From Klebsormidium nitens (Eukaryota; Plantae; Klebsormidiophyceae), in the NCBI GenBank assembly GCA_000708835.1, contig DF236961.1:62001-126000 (forward strand): a stretch of DNA of 64,000 bases. The letters are read 5' to 3'. The translations under genes were made by a program, and so were the position numbers. A model generated the notes under the pieces. That model saw nothing but the letters and a program-made list of their open reading frames with translations. It had not been told where the DNA came from and did not search any database. Shown here one piece after another: positions 47,683 through 61,000 of the stretch (the first letter of the stretch is position 1; each line of letters opens with the position of its first letter).

Positions 47683-50600
47683 ATGGCGGCTCGGGGCTTG
47701 CGAGATGAGAAGGAGGACGGATGGGAGCGCTCCGATTTTCCAATTCTATGCGAGAGCTGTTTGGGAGACAACCCCTACGTTCGCATGGTGAGTGATTTCC
47801 CGTCTCCCTATTGTGTTAGAAAGAAATGAGTCATTTTAACCAGGGATGCGTATATATTAGCTGGTTGCGGAGGGAGCTTAGTGCTGCAGACGTTTGTGTT
47901 TAGAAGAATACTGACACGTCGTCTTGTTGCTCATTGTGCAGACAAAAGCAGAGTTCGACAAGGAGTGCAAGGTAAGTCATTGAATACATCCAGAGTCCTG
48001 ATAGGTCAACTTGATTCCTAAGACTGTCTGCCGCATTTGAGGACATCAAAGCTTTGCGTCTGCCTGAATTCGGGCCACACTTCCATCATCCAATCAACCA
48101 TCTTTTCAATCTGTTGAAGAATTTGCGCTTTGTTTGTAGTGATCAACATAGTTCCTGTTGCTGATATGGTCCTTTTTCTGCACAGATCTGCACCCGGCCG
48201 TTCACGGTCTTTCGGTGGAGGCCTGGGAGAGATGCCCGCTACAAGAAGACAGAGATATGCCAGACCTGCTCAAAGTTGAAGAACGTCTGCCAAACCTGCC
48301 TTCTGGATCTGGAATATGGTAAGTAGGCAGTGATCTTGAGTATTCAGTTAGGAGCCTGGTAATGGTAGCAGCATGCAATCGATTTTTCTGAGCTTCAGGG
48401 TTGTACTGCATTGGAAAGGGGACCAAATCACTTCTTCCACCTCAAAACACAGGCAGGAGGTAAAATGCATATTCGAAATTATGGTTTGAGCAGAGATTCT
48501 CAAATTTGCTAGGAGGAAGTCTACTGCAGCTGACGTAACCTTATTCTAACCTTGAATTCCTTTTGCCCCGCAGGCCTGCCTGTGGAAGTGCGGGACAAGG
48601 CCCTGGGCTTGCAAGGGGAATCCATGCCCCAGAGCGACGTCAATAGGGAGTTCTTTGCTGAGCAGCACGAGAAGGCCACAAAAGCGGGCCTTGACTTTGA
48701 ATCATCTTACGGCAAAGTCAGACCGAACGACACAATCCTGAAGCTGCAGCGGACCACGCCGTACTATAAGAGAAACAGGGCGCACATATGCAGCTTCTTT
48801 GTCAGGGGGGAGTGCACGCGGGGGGCGGAATGTCCTTTCAGGTAAGTCCTCACATAAATCGACAATTGTCATAGAGCTTGCCTGTCAGCGCAATCACCTC
48901 GAATATGTATGTAGATTAGGGTTTGGATTCTGTGCTTTATGAATGGCGCTGTCGCTTGCCCGGAGTTCGATTCGGAGGGCAGCGCCAACAGCGGGGTTCT
49001 ATCATATTAAGTTGCTGGAGTTATTTTCAGATAGCAGATGTTTGTGGAGAAAACCTTCAACCCCTGGGTTTTGGGTTGTTTGAAATCTTAGCTCCGGCAC
49101 CGTCACTCAGGGCGTCTGGGTGTTGATTGGATGAGCGCAGTAACAATTGTTGTGGTCACTGTGTCATACAATATTCCGGTTCCTTGATCAAGTGACGCGC
49201 AGATGGAAACGAGCTTTAGAAGTGGCTGCCTCTCTGTGGCCGAGTCTGAGTTCTGTGATGTTGTTAAAAGCTGCTGATTGGGTTCCCTTTGCCTTCAGAA
49301 TTGTTGGCAGAACCTCATTGCAGATACTCCTTATTTTGTTGCAGGCACGAGATGCCGACAACGGGGCCGCTTGCCCAGCAGAACATCAAGGACCGGTACT
49401 ACGGAGTCAACGACCCTGTCGCAGCGAAGCTCCTAGAGCGCGCCAGCCAGATGCCGTCGCTGGTTCCTCCAGAGGATGAGCAGATTACAACGCTGTATGT
49501 AGGGGGCTTAGACGATAGGATCACGGAAGCAGACCTCAAGGATCAGTTCTACTCGTACGGAGAGATCAAGAGCATACGCGTCGTCGCGTCTAGGGGCTGC
49601 GCGTTCGTGACGTTCACGGAGCGGGAGGCGGCAGAGAAGGCGGCGGAGAATGTTGCAAACAAGCTGGTGGTGAAGGGGTTGAGGTTGAAGCTGATGTGGG
49701 GGCGGCCGCAGCAGCCGAGGCCAGAGAGGCAGGAAGGGGAGCCAGGGCCACCGGGAGTTGCGTCTCATGGTATGCAGCACCGTCTTGTCCTTTTTGACCC
49801 TCTTTTCTTCTAGTCTTCTTCTTGTGCTTTGTTGCAACGGTTGAAAGCGGATTCAGCATTTGAATTGGGGATGGAGTTTGTTGGGGACCTGCCAAAGCGT
49901 TTGCTCACTTCCGGTAGATGTGGCCCATCTCATCTATCAGCGGCCTTGAGAAAGTGTTTGCTGGGGCAAACTTACTGGGCATCCAACCGCTGTGTTCGGC
50001 AGGAGTTGCTTTTCTCTTGGAAGGATCGTGCCATGCACTATTTGCTCGCTCTTTCTTCACTCGGTCTTTGCACTTCGGGTCTCCGTACAACTTTGATTTT
50101 GATTCTGGCTTTGCTGTGCTTCAATCTACTATACGGTACTTGCATGACGTCTCTATTGCAATATCCGTCTTCTTCACGTTTGAGTCCGTCTTCTTCATGT
50201 GTGGCTTCGAGCAAACGCTAGAATGTATTGCAAGTTGCTTTTGGCAGACACACAGCACATTATCATGCTATTGTGACTCCATTCTGACTTGCGCTCCCTC
50301 TTTGCAGGCGGTTTCTTGCCCCGATCTGTCCAGGCCCCTGCCCAGCAGTCCCAGCAGGCGGGAAAGGATGGCGAAGTCGACTACCTCAATCTTCCCCCGC
50401 CAGCCCCTGCACCCAGTACCGAGGCCTCTTATCCAGTGAGTCATCTTGCCAAAGGTTCGTTTGAGATGTTCCGATCAATGGAACCGTTGTGACTGGCGCC
50501 CAGAGAGGAGAATTGAACAGTTCAACCTGCTTATCTCCGTGCAGGCCCAGAGTTGCCTTGTTTATGCATCCGCTTGAAGTTTTGTGGCGCTTCGTTTGAC

Positions 50601-51160
50601 CTCCTTCTTTCATTGGATTGTATCGAGAGTCGGTGAAAGGGTGACGCCAGGGCGAGGCTAGAATTGTTTTCAGCGACGCATCAAGTCGTTCTTGCACTTG
50701 ATGTGGCTCATCGAATATGGATCGATTTATTTAACCGCTTCTCAACCCTTTCTTGCAGTCAATGGACCCAGAGGGCATGGGAACCGCCGTCAAGGTGCCC
50801 AGCCGAGACGGTCCCCAGCAGCCTGGCCTGCCTTCCCAGCAACAATTCCAGCAACGCCCGCCTTTCCAGCAGCCATTCCGGCCTCCTCCGAACCAAAATT
50901 TCCGACCGCCTGGGCAGTTCCCCCCAAACTTTCAACCAGCCCCCTTCCCGTATGGTGGTGGTCAGCAAGGATTCGGGCCGCGGGGCCCCTTCCCACCGCA
51001 ACAGGGTCAGTTTATGGGGCCTCCGCCCCGGTTTAACGGCCCTCCTCAAGGTCTTGGCCACTTTCAGCAAGGAGGGTATCCTATGCCGAACGGCGCCGGT
51101 CAGAGGCCACTCGGCGGCAGGGGCCCTCCGTCATTGATGCAACAAAGACCGCAGCAATAG
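47683..51160 (+). CDS. RBM22: Pre-mRNA splicing factor RBM22/Slt11 (zinc finger, CCCH and RRM domains)
   Basis: Exons 47683-47787, 47942-47971, 48186-48318, 48574-48841, 49345-49769, 50308-50435 and 50759-51160. Motifs: [70 protein letters not shown]...CAFVTF, Pro/Gln-rich tail. Confidence 0.96.
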
Positions 51161-52108
51161 GTTAGGTGACCTTGGCGGCGGGCGAAAGCCTTAAATAAGA
51201 GCTCTGAAGAATTGTTTGGAAATACTGTTCCAATGGCCGCTGTCCAAGCGTTGGCGCTGTTCAGCCTATGCAATCTGCCTTCTCAAATCTCATGTACGGA
51301 AGATGGAATAACATGAAGAAGACAAAAAAGGATTGTGTACCGTATTCTTGACAAGGTTTGCCGGAGGTGCATCATGCCAGTGGAACCTTTGCGATCGTGT
51401 CTTCTTCAAAACAGCATGTTGCTTGTCACTGTAGCCAGCATCTTCATTGCACTTCGTTTCGAGCGGCATGTCCCTGCAATTCCTCGTTTGATTCTGTTTT
51501 GTGCCGGATCGTGGACGCACACGATTAAGGATTCGCCTGGCATGTGTTAAACTGATGTATCACAACTGGCATGGACTGCATCCGCTCATAGCAACTGCCA
51601 ACCATGCCAGCAATTCGACCTTTCGGTCCTGTCAAGAACGCAGAGAGCAATTTCAGTGCGGCAATTTCCCTCGGCTATTCCGACGTACCGAAGTTCGTTA
51701 TTCAGCTCATGCCCCCGGGGCCCGCACGGCATGGCGCTACAGTGGGGAAGGTTCCTCGGGGCCGAACGTTGTGCTGTACGTCCTGGCTGTCGCTCGTCTC
51801 GTTATCGCCACCGCAGAGGCTGCAAACGATATACAGCAATTTTGAAAGAGTGACGGTTACCCCTTCCTGGTGGTGACGCAAGCTGATCCTACCGGGAGTG
51901 TGGAGAACATACGAAACTGTGAACCTCGGAACACGTGTCATTCACTGAATGGCTCAACCCACACAAGCAATCCTTCGGACTCTGAACAGCCAGCAGCATA
52001 TTGCTTGAAAACTGCCAATTTCTTTTAGGTGCTTTGCAGCACCTTGAATTACCTACGGTAAGAGTTTGAGGCGTCTTCTTGATCAGCATCAGATCTCAGC
52101 ATAAGATC

Positions 52109-53420
52109 ATGGCTTCCTCGCTCGCTGTGTTTTCTGCCCCCTCCGTCGCCTCTCTGAGCTTCTGCCAGAGGGTGAGCCCCAGCAACAGGAGTTTTGCTGC
52201 TGCGCCTGCGCTGACTGCACCTGTCTCCAGGCGGTAAGGCGCTGTCTGCTCATTCTTCCATCGCATTCTTCTCTGAGGACCCGTTATGAAGTCGGCATTG
52301 TGTGATCCATCCGTTAATTGTCTTGAGACTTATGCAATGTGAGCAGGAAAGTCTCTCTTGTGTTCCCTGCCAACAGATGTTACAAACTTAGTCAGGACTG
52401 CAATTTTGAAGTGGCAGAGGGTGCATTCTTATCTGCCTCACTGAGTGAACGAACACTGACATTGATGTTTCAATGCTTGATCTGTTTCAATGATTCTTTT
52501 ACCGCATGGAGTTTCAACCTCAATGAAAGTCTGCTTTTGTAACATGTAATGTGTGTAGTAGGGTAGTCTGGAAGACTGGCCTTAAACTTCAGACAAGGTG
52601 GTTACTTGTATCCATTTCACAGGTTGTCTTGTTGCCAGCCGACCAGAGAAAGCAGCCTAACCAGAAGAAGAGTGTTCATGTCTGGGGCTTCCCGCCTGTA
52701 GGTAGACTTTCCAGTCTGAGTCCACAGTGTCTTGCTCTCCAGGTTTGTCGTCCGTGCTGCCGAGCCTCTTAACCCCGACATCCAGAAGGACAACCCCAAG
52801 GTCAGTCCTGTCCCACAAGGACAGCATCTCCTATGTGCCCGTGCAGAGGTGCTACAAGTTATAAATGGGGTCTGCAAACTTGTTTATCACAGAAATGCCG
52901 TGCTGACATTGCATTGGGATTGGGAACGCAGTCGTGAAGTCCTGATTGCTGCAGCATCAGAATGCACATGACTGAATACTACCACCCGCAACATCTGCTT
53001 TGATGTTGGGGGTGGCCACCTGCTAAACATGGTCCAACCAACCTGTTATCAGCTGGCACATGATTTGCTTTCTGCAGGCATCTTGAAATTCATCATAACA
53101 TAGCCCCCTTGAGAAGTACTATCGCTTGCGCCTGTTTTTGCGCTGTTGCTTGTGGGATGGGTTATGAGAAGCAGACTCCCTGAGCTTTTGGGGCTACTTT
53201 CCTGATTATTTCCCACTTCGCGCCATAAATCCTTGTTCTTCCACGTGAACAGGTTGTGGACATTGTGGATCCTACAACGATTGAAAAGCAGACGTCCTAC
53301 TGCCGGTGCTGGAGATCAGCCACCTTTCCCCTGTGCAACGGGTCTCATGTCAAGTGGAACAAGGAGACGGGGGACAACGTTGGCCCTCTCCTAGTCAAGG
53401 CGGCGCCCGCCAGCTCTTAG
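52109..53420 (+). CDS. NEET: CDGSH-type [2Fe-2S] NEET protein with a plastid transit peptide
   Basis: Exons 52109-52233, 52743-52800 and 53253-53420 give MASSLAVFSAPSVAS...RFVVRAAEPLNPDIQKDNPKVVD...YCRCWRSATFPLCNGSHVKWNKETGDNVGPLL. Confidence 0.95.
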
Positions 53421-54476
53421 TTTGAGATTTGTAAAGAAGGTCCCAATACTTGCGTGTTGAATGCTGGCTGAGTTAGCCTTACTTGACTAATGCTTACTGT
53501 CGACGTGCCCTTGTCCCTTGCGAACTGTTTCGAAAATTTGCAAGAAAGTTTTCCTAATCTTCGCTCTTTATTTGATACAGCATGCAAGCGCATTACAAAG
53601 CCTCATGGCCATGCCGTTTGTATGACCAGCTTGCTGGTTTCCGGATACTTATACAGGAACCTGTGATCCCACCCATGACAGTGCCCTTAAAGCTGGTGGC
53701 AGTACGTGCTGGCATGCAGATCTTTAATCAAATTTGATTGGCAGAAATAGAAGCTCACATGCAGTGACAGTCCTCTCAGTGAGTCAACTGTCTTGACGGT
53801 TGACGTTCATAATGATTTGGTTGAACCGTAATTGCATGATGGAAGTCCGCAATGTCAAATTCCACAGATGTTGCAATCGGATCGAGCCGGTATGGATTTA
53901 GCTACGGCGAAAACGAGAAGAGGTACTGCGTCGATCTGACTAGGACTAAGCTGCCAATAGGACAAAATTCATATACGCAGAACTTTGTGAACCATACATG
54001 ATGAAAGGTGTTCGACCGCACTAGATGACGTGTCGCGAGATAGTCAAGACATTTTGTCAGTCAGTGCTACGACAAGCCTGTTCGACCCTATCTGCCATAG
54101 GATCACAAGAGAGGCCTGAGACCATCTTCGCCTAAATCAGTACAAGTGCTGAATTGATCTACTATGTCTGGTTGCACTCTAGGTCCTGCGACTAACTTGA
54201 TCAACAAAGACTATTGGTGTTGCACGTTCTTTCTTGGCCGTACAACCTAATGGGTATTGGCTGCTGCTTCCGGCCTTCTAAGCCAATCAGGCTGCTCGTA
54301 AAAGAATGCTGTATAATACTGATACACGATCTGACTTGGTCATCGTTCGTACTTTTCTCTACATGGCACTTACCGTACGACCATTCTGTGCTAGCTGCAC
54401 CAATCTGGTCCCTATGATACGATATAAGTATAAGCGGTATCAGCTCCATAGTTGCCCTGGTCAATCCAGCAATACT

Positions 54477-57129
54477 TTACACGTTACTCGTACCCATAGT
54501 AGCCGCAGCGTATTGCGTCGCCCCATGCCACGTCCGACCTTTCTCTGAAGTAATTCGGTCTCCGAAGCTCCGAAGTTTATTGAGACCAAGTTTTGAAAAC
54601 GGCCGAAGCTTTCTTGGCGACGACCGGGGGGGCCGCGCTGGTGAGCCGTTTCGGGGCGCTGCACGACGCCGCTCCTCCACAACTGCTTGATGGCCCCTCT
54701 TCATTGCGTTCGCAAGATTGTCATACGCCTTCGACCACGCCGTCAGGACTTCAGGACAGCTGTTCTCTTCTGGAGAAGCGGAGGCAGGAGAATCACGTGA
54801 AGATTGGAAGAAGGACTTTCGGTTTCACCTTCTTTATATTAGGAGATTTGTATCCGTCTTGTCACTTGCTACGAATGTCAACAAATCACTGGTCATTTCA
54901 AGGAGCAACTGATTTGGGGTGCTCCATGATCGTTGGAACCATGTCGATGGTCAACGGTGCGTTTCTTCTTGCCGGCCGCTACATCGAAAACACGTCGCCA
55001 AATCATTTGATATCCAAAGTCAATTTTAACCAGACAACAACCGCATCATGGTCCAGATCTCAAACGCGACGGCAAAGGAACAGATCTTGCTGCAGAGTTT
55101 TAGCGGACTACTCACCGAGCGCGCGTTCTACCACCCATAGAAACGCTTCTTTGGTTACACTGTATACCTCGAGAGTGGCGCCGTAGTCTACGTGCCTGCG
55201 CCCCAAGTTTTCGAGCACGCCACCAATCCGCATGGACTGGCCTATTCGACAGGCTGCCAAACCGAGCTGCATTCGTGGCAAGATGGAAATATTCATATCA
55301 GCAAGCCAGGAGAGAGAGTCGTAGATGACTTGGAGCGAGCCAGCAGTCAGTTGTTAGGCCGACTCCTACCAGATCGAGTAAAATGCGAATCACGTCTGGA
55401 TTTGCTGTTGCTGTGAACCATTTGAATTGATGCGGGGACGTCGTCATGAAATTTGTCGCAGCAGAGTCCAGGCTGGAAATTGAGCAAACAATCAACGAAT
55501 AGTTACACATGGATCTCCTCTCACTGAAACGTTTTCTCTACAGGGAACCACAGCAAGGCAGGTAATGCTTGGACCAACTCCAACAAGAGTTTTAAAGTCG
55601 GTCAAAGGTACAGAAACCAAGCGAGGAGGAAGCTCTTGTACACCCTCCGAGCAATCAGGGCAATAAACGACAACAGAAAAGCCTCAGAATGTTCCAGCTA
55701 GAAGGCAAGTGCGTTCTTCAGATCACGTACAGAGGTTAACACCAACTCCACAAAGTTGCACAACTTACGTAGGTAGCACCCGATCTTTGGCCCACCCAAT
55801 CAAAAGGTGACCCAGAAAATAACTTGCCCATTCAACGACGTATTTGTACCGAAGCGGCACTTATAATATGTTGCAAAATGAAATGATCCGTGGAGTTCCC
55901 ATCAAGTGCACAGGGGAAGGGCGGCTCACCGATCTCAAAACTTCCGTGGCATGCAGTCTCATCGTCGGGTCTTTGTGTAGGGGGTTCTCCTCGTCCTCGC
56001 TAAAAGCAAAGAGGCCCTTGGCTTCGGGAGCGATCTCAAACAGCCTGCAGGTGAGTAGGCACTTTGCTGATGACTTCAATGGAAACATCCGGGGGGATGT
56101 CCTGGAATCGGAGGGTTTTGTATGTACTTGACAGGGTGCTGACGCCATTGACAGGATTCTACGTCAGCCATTTACAGTAGTGCGCCACTATTCTATATCG
56201 GAACAGTATCAGCATCGAAAGACTGCGTACTCCCTACGTGTGACCCGCAACGCCTGATCTTCCGTACAAGACTGCTTTTGCACTGTTGAGGAAGCCTTCC
56301 CAAAAAAGATCTGTAAGGGCCGTCAAAGATTTGAAAAGATTTGTGCGTGTGAAAAAAAAAGCGATCGAGGCACCAGAGAATGGTGGCTAAGCTGCTCAGC
56401 AAACGAAGAAATAAGAGTCCACACAAGGACGGCCAGACTTGGAAAGTGAACGTGAGTTGGTCTGAAACAAGTGTCTCAGCGCGCTCGTATCTGAGCCCAA
56501 TATCTCACATAATCAAACTAAGGTGGGAAGCCGTTTCCTTTTGTTTCCTTTTCCGAAGCTGCCAATCCTAAGAGAGTGACCATCCCAGGGGCAAGGGGTG
56601 TTCTTAAAGGCAAACTTCTGTTTTCCAATCTGCCTTTGGAACTCACGAAAATGTAATATCTATTGGAAACATCAGTTCCCTGTGGAGATCTGCTGGCTGG
56701 CTGCGAAGCATGATGCGCGAACTCTGCATTAAAGCAATAGCAGCCGTCTGCGTTGATCGCTGACCTCAGATACAACGCGATGCCATTGTCCGCCAGGTTG
56801 CTTTCCAACATCGTCCACGTCTCTCGCACCAGCTCTTGCTCCCCTAACGTCAGCGGCAGGACCTCTTCCGCCAGGGCTTTGGAGAGCGCCTCTGCCTTTG
56901 CATGGTCATCGCTCTGGCCCCTAACTAGACTGAGCATGCTTCTGGTTGAATGGTGGGGCAAAAGCAGAGCGGGAAGGGAAGGGCTGCTGGAAGATTTGGA
57001 CAGCTGGGGACAAGCTTCAGTGCCTGAAACGGATTCTGGAGTTGAGTCAGAAACATGTTCCGCAAATGTGGCCTCTGAAAAAAGTGGCTGATCCCCTGGG
57101 GATGGAACTCCATACATGGTGGGGCTCAT
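54477..57129 (-). CDS. 3/3 plant-type hemoglobin (phytoglobin) with a long Ser-rich N-terminal extension and a basic C-terminal extension
   Basis: Exons 57129-56765, 56044-55930, 55266-55116 and 54769-54477. A helix EQELVRETW, B/C helices IALYLRLFEIAPEAKGLF (CD1 Phe), E7 His in MRLHATEVL, F8 His in LGRRHVDYG, H helix AWSKAYDNLANAMK. Introns at B12.2 and E15.0. An additional upstream exon cannot be excluded. Confidence 0.9.
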
Positions 57130-58090
57130 TGCTCTTTCATTGCTTGGAAGGATAATGGCAACTGAATGTCATTAGTGCAGCAGTGTCCACGAGAAGAAAG
57201 TGACGCCTCGAGCGAAGAGGGAGCAAGCTCTGAGAATAAGGGACACGCATGGTCTTGTGCTGTGCAATTGAACGTCCCCTGAACAATACTATAACTCTTA
57301 TGGACTATGTTGCTAGGCTTGGTCAAAAGAAAGAATGAGTGAAGAGATACTCCGAAGCACCCATTCTGAGCACCCAAGTCTGAGTACTGAGCGCCAACTC
57401 CTATGATGCGCTTCAACGGGTTTTGAAGGCCTTCAATGCGGGCAGCAGCAGCACTGTCTGACCACTTCGAGCGGCTTTGGACATTCTGGATCGTTGTATC
57501 AGCACAGCTGGCATCGCAGAAGCTGCAGCAGCAGCAGCAGCAGTTTGTGTCAGACTGAGAGAGAGAAGAAACGAAGCGAACTGCAGTCTGCCAGTCTGTC
57601 TAGCGTGCAATTTAATTTGGAGATTTTCACTGCCGATGTCAACAGGCATGCAGCGGCAGGCGGCTGTCAGATACGAAAGCGGGCGGCTAAACCAAGTCTA
57701 CCAATTTAGTAACCTGGATCACAATGGGTTTTTGTAAACCGGGCAGGTAGCACGGTGTCAATATGTCTGGTACGATGAATGGATATGCAAACCTTGACAC
57801 AACTTTGTTCTTCAACTGTCTTGGCCCTTGGGTTTGCCGCAACGTACTGAAGCAAGGATCTGGTTAAGAGGACATTCAAAAGGAACGGGAGAACCGTCAA
57901 AAAGATCATCGGACGGCTCTCACCGGCGCTTCTTCGACCATCATACGCCTGGTGCGGTGAGTCCAGTGGCAGCAGGGCTGCATGGCAGGCTTGCTGGGCA
58001 CTGGTCAGCATCTGAAGACATAAGTCCAGACTTTGAACACAGAGCTCTGAACAGGTACAGGTATTCAGCTAGGAGCCATCTCCTGCCAAC

Positions 58091-61000
58091 ATGTCGCATG
58101 GGCAAGCAGCCATAAAATTGCCGCCTTCGCAAGCCTTTTCTCCACCAGAAAAGTTCGAGCTGAGAAGGTGCGCCAGCTTGCAGGAATTGCCGATGCCACA
58201 ATTGCAGGGGAGGCCACTTAAGCACCGATATGCGGCATTGCATGCATCAGCATTGCAGAGAACTGACGTCTGCAGGTGTTCGTTTCCAGCAGCGTTCAGC
58301 AACTCCCGCAGAAAGCATCTTCAGGGATCCCTCTTTAGCTTGATAGGAAGAAAGATCGATTCTGCATCACTTGAATCTCACATAAAGAAAAACGAATCTG
58401 CTCAGGCACCGCGAACGGGCTCTTTAACAATGCGTGCGAGGACTGGTAGCGAGGACGGAGCAGGCAAGCCAGCCGCTTCGTCGACCAGCCCGACAGACTT
58501 CTCCTCATACCTAGTTGATGCTGGCATCAAGGCGGGGTCAGCACTGTTTGGGAAGGGCCTCCCTCCAGGCCTGCTCATCCAAACGGCGGAAGCGGCATGG
58601 CGGGGCACTTGGAAGATCATGATGTCGCAGGTTGGGGCTGCTTTCACTGTGCCGAATGCCGGCGAAGAAGGAGTTGTTTGCAAACAACACTCATATATGC
58701 TTGTTGAGATACATTTCAAAACGAATGCTTTTGAGTCAGCTTTGGCCTCACTTCAGTTTCCTCAGCTCAGGGTTTGATTTGTCTGATTCCGTTCACCCTC
58801 TGATGGCAGGGTACAACTTCAGTAGGAATGATGCCCTTGCGGTGGCTCTACTGCAGTTTAAGGGCACACAATCATCTTACCCTATCATGCTTAGGATCCT
58901 AGTTTTAAGGAGTAGTGGGCAATAGCCTATCTTCCACCGTTTGTTGACCTTTGTAGTTTGTGACCGTTTGTATTTTGTGACCTTACAGCTTGCCCCAAGT
59001 AATGATGATGGATCATACAAGCGACCGGAGAGCGCGTTCCGGAACAGGATAGAAAAGGGTGGCAGGTGAGGTTCTGCGGGTTCCGTCAGGTGGTTTGTTC
59101 TGGCATTGACGAGGGGAGTCACTGATTGCAAGAGGTACTGCCCGTTTTTCTGCAACTTGTTGTTATGGGGAGTTAATGCCAAACTCTCACGAAGATGTTT
59201 CACACATCTGCCACTACCTGAGCGTACCGTATACTTCTGTTCCCCTGTAGGGAAAGTCGCTTTCCGCAGCCTTGATCTCAACACCTGCTTGGCCAAATCT
59301 GCTTGCAATTGGAACCTTCATTTGTCTACTTGATGGACGTAACCTGGGCATCAAGTGCTAGGGCCAAAGTCAAAGGACCCTTTGACCCTTACAAGCTACG
59401 AAAACTGACAAGCGTCTCGCCTCTGTCATCAGGTTCCCCCCTGAAAAGGGACGGTACCATTTGTACGCTGCTCTGACGTGTCCCTGGGCCCACCGGACGT
59501 TGATCGTACACGCTATCAAGGTGGGAACTTTGGCTCTACTTGACTCGTCTCGTCATGGCTCGTCGAGTACGACTGCTCGACTTGACAAGGTTGTCTATCG
59601 TTTTGGAAAGCCTTTATTAGCCAAATGTTGCTTTCTATAACTAGGTGGTATCGTTGCTTTCAAGGTTGACCGCTGAGCACTTCGGGGTTTTGAAGGCTGT
59701 TCTTCGATAGGGCACACGAGCTGTTCGAGATTGTCAGTTCGGAAGGGACGTTGGGAGGTCCAAAAGGGCGGGAAGAAGAATGTAAAACTTCGGTGAACGA
59801 GTTCGGCGTTCAACCCATGAGCCTGCCTCGCTCGCATGCTTTGTAGATCACTGTACGATCTCGTTCTCTCGCACTAATCAGGACTTCAGAACAAAGCGTT
59901 CGTTGCATTGAACGTGCCCTGCGGTGCAGGGTTTAGATGCGGTGGTCCCCTTCTCCATTGCGGTGCCTGGCTCCTCGGGCCTATGGGAATTTGCCTCCGA
60001 TAGCAGCAAAAGTGGCGGCGCCACTCTCCAGACAACGATTGATCGAGGGGCGGGTAAAAAGACCCTCAAGGAGGTGTACAAGTCGCAGACCGGGGGCTAT
60101 GAGTGAGCGCGCAACAAACGTGTTTGCTTTCAATAGCTTTAAAATTTTGTGTTGGACGACCCAGGGGTTCGTGATCCCGTGGTAAGCTTGAAGGAAGACG
60201 AACGACTATGACGGTGGAAGATTGACGGAGGGTAACTGCTAACAAAGGTTTATGAAGCCACATAGAGGTTAGTAGCCTGCCTGCGTTTTCTGTCAGGGTG
60301 CTACTGGTGTGGCAGGCAATGGCCACATGGCACAAATTTGTTCGCTTTGCTTTCTCTAGATGTCGCAGCAATGCAATACTGATACGACAGCAATGTCTCC
60401 TTGTCCAATTCTGGTTTCGTCACGCAGGCATCCAACGAAGAAACTAATGTCTTGGAGATCTGAGACCTTGCTTGCCTTTCGAGCCTGTACGGGCCTGACC
60501 TTACACGCCCCTTTTTTCTGCAGCGGCCGTTCAACTGTGCCAATGCTTTGGGACACGAAAACCAAAACGGTGGTAAACAACGAGAGTGCGGACATCATAG
60601 GTGAGCCGAGACGGTCAAATCCTATCGTCTCCATTCCGGTCTAATTGGCTGCACGGTCGTCGGCTCTGAGGTTTCGCTGCGTAGCTTGGACTTCGGATGT
60701 TCGAGTTAACTGTGTGGACCGCTGAGGTGTCTCTCATCTCATCTTTGTCTTGGTTTCCGTAACGTCGGCTTTCAGTGGCTCGGAGTCGGCTTGCTGTGGA
60801 TTGGGACGCATCCACTGTTCGTTCTCAGAAGATTGTCGAGGCGTGATAATCTTAGCGTCCCAGTAATTCTTCTCTTTTCCCTAGCCTGTGTGTACGGCAA
60901 TCTGATTCAATAAGACGGAAATTATGACACCCGCTCAGCTTACTTGGTCTACGTAAGCAGCCCGTGAGTCACGTCTTCCAAGGCTTTGCTTTTGTCTGAC

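Noticed and set aside
48955-48990. tRNA T-loop-like GTTCGATTC
   Set aside because: The flanks do not form a T-stem and no cloverleaf can be built.
53998-54119. C/D-box snoRNA candidate (ATGATGA ... CTGA)
   Set aside because: No terminal stem, and I could not match a guide to rRNA; both boxes are short enough to occur by chance. A snoRNA covariance search would settle it.
20471-57129. Apparent Fe/Fe-S gene cluster (AE7, NTH1, NEET, globin)
   Set aside because: The genes are spread over 37 kb among unrelated housekeeping genes and act in different compartments; no evidence beyond coincidence.
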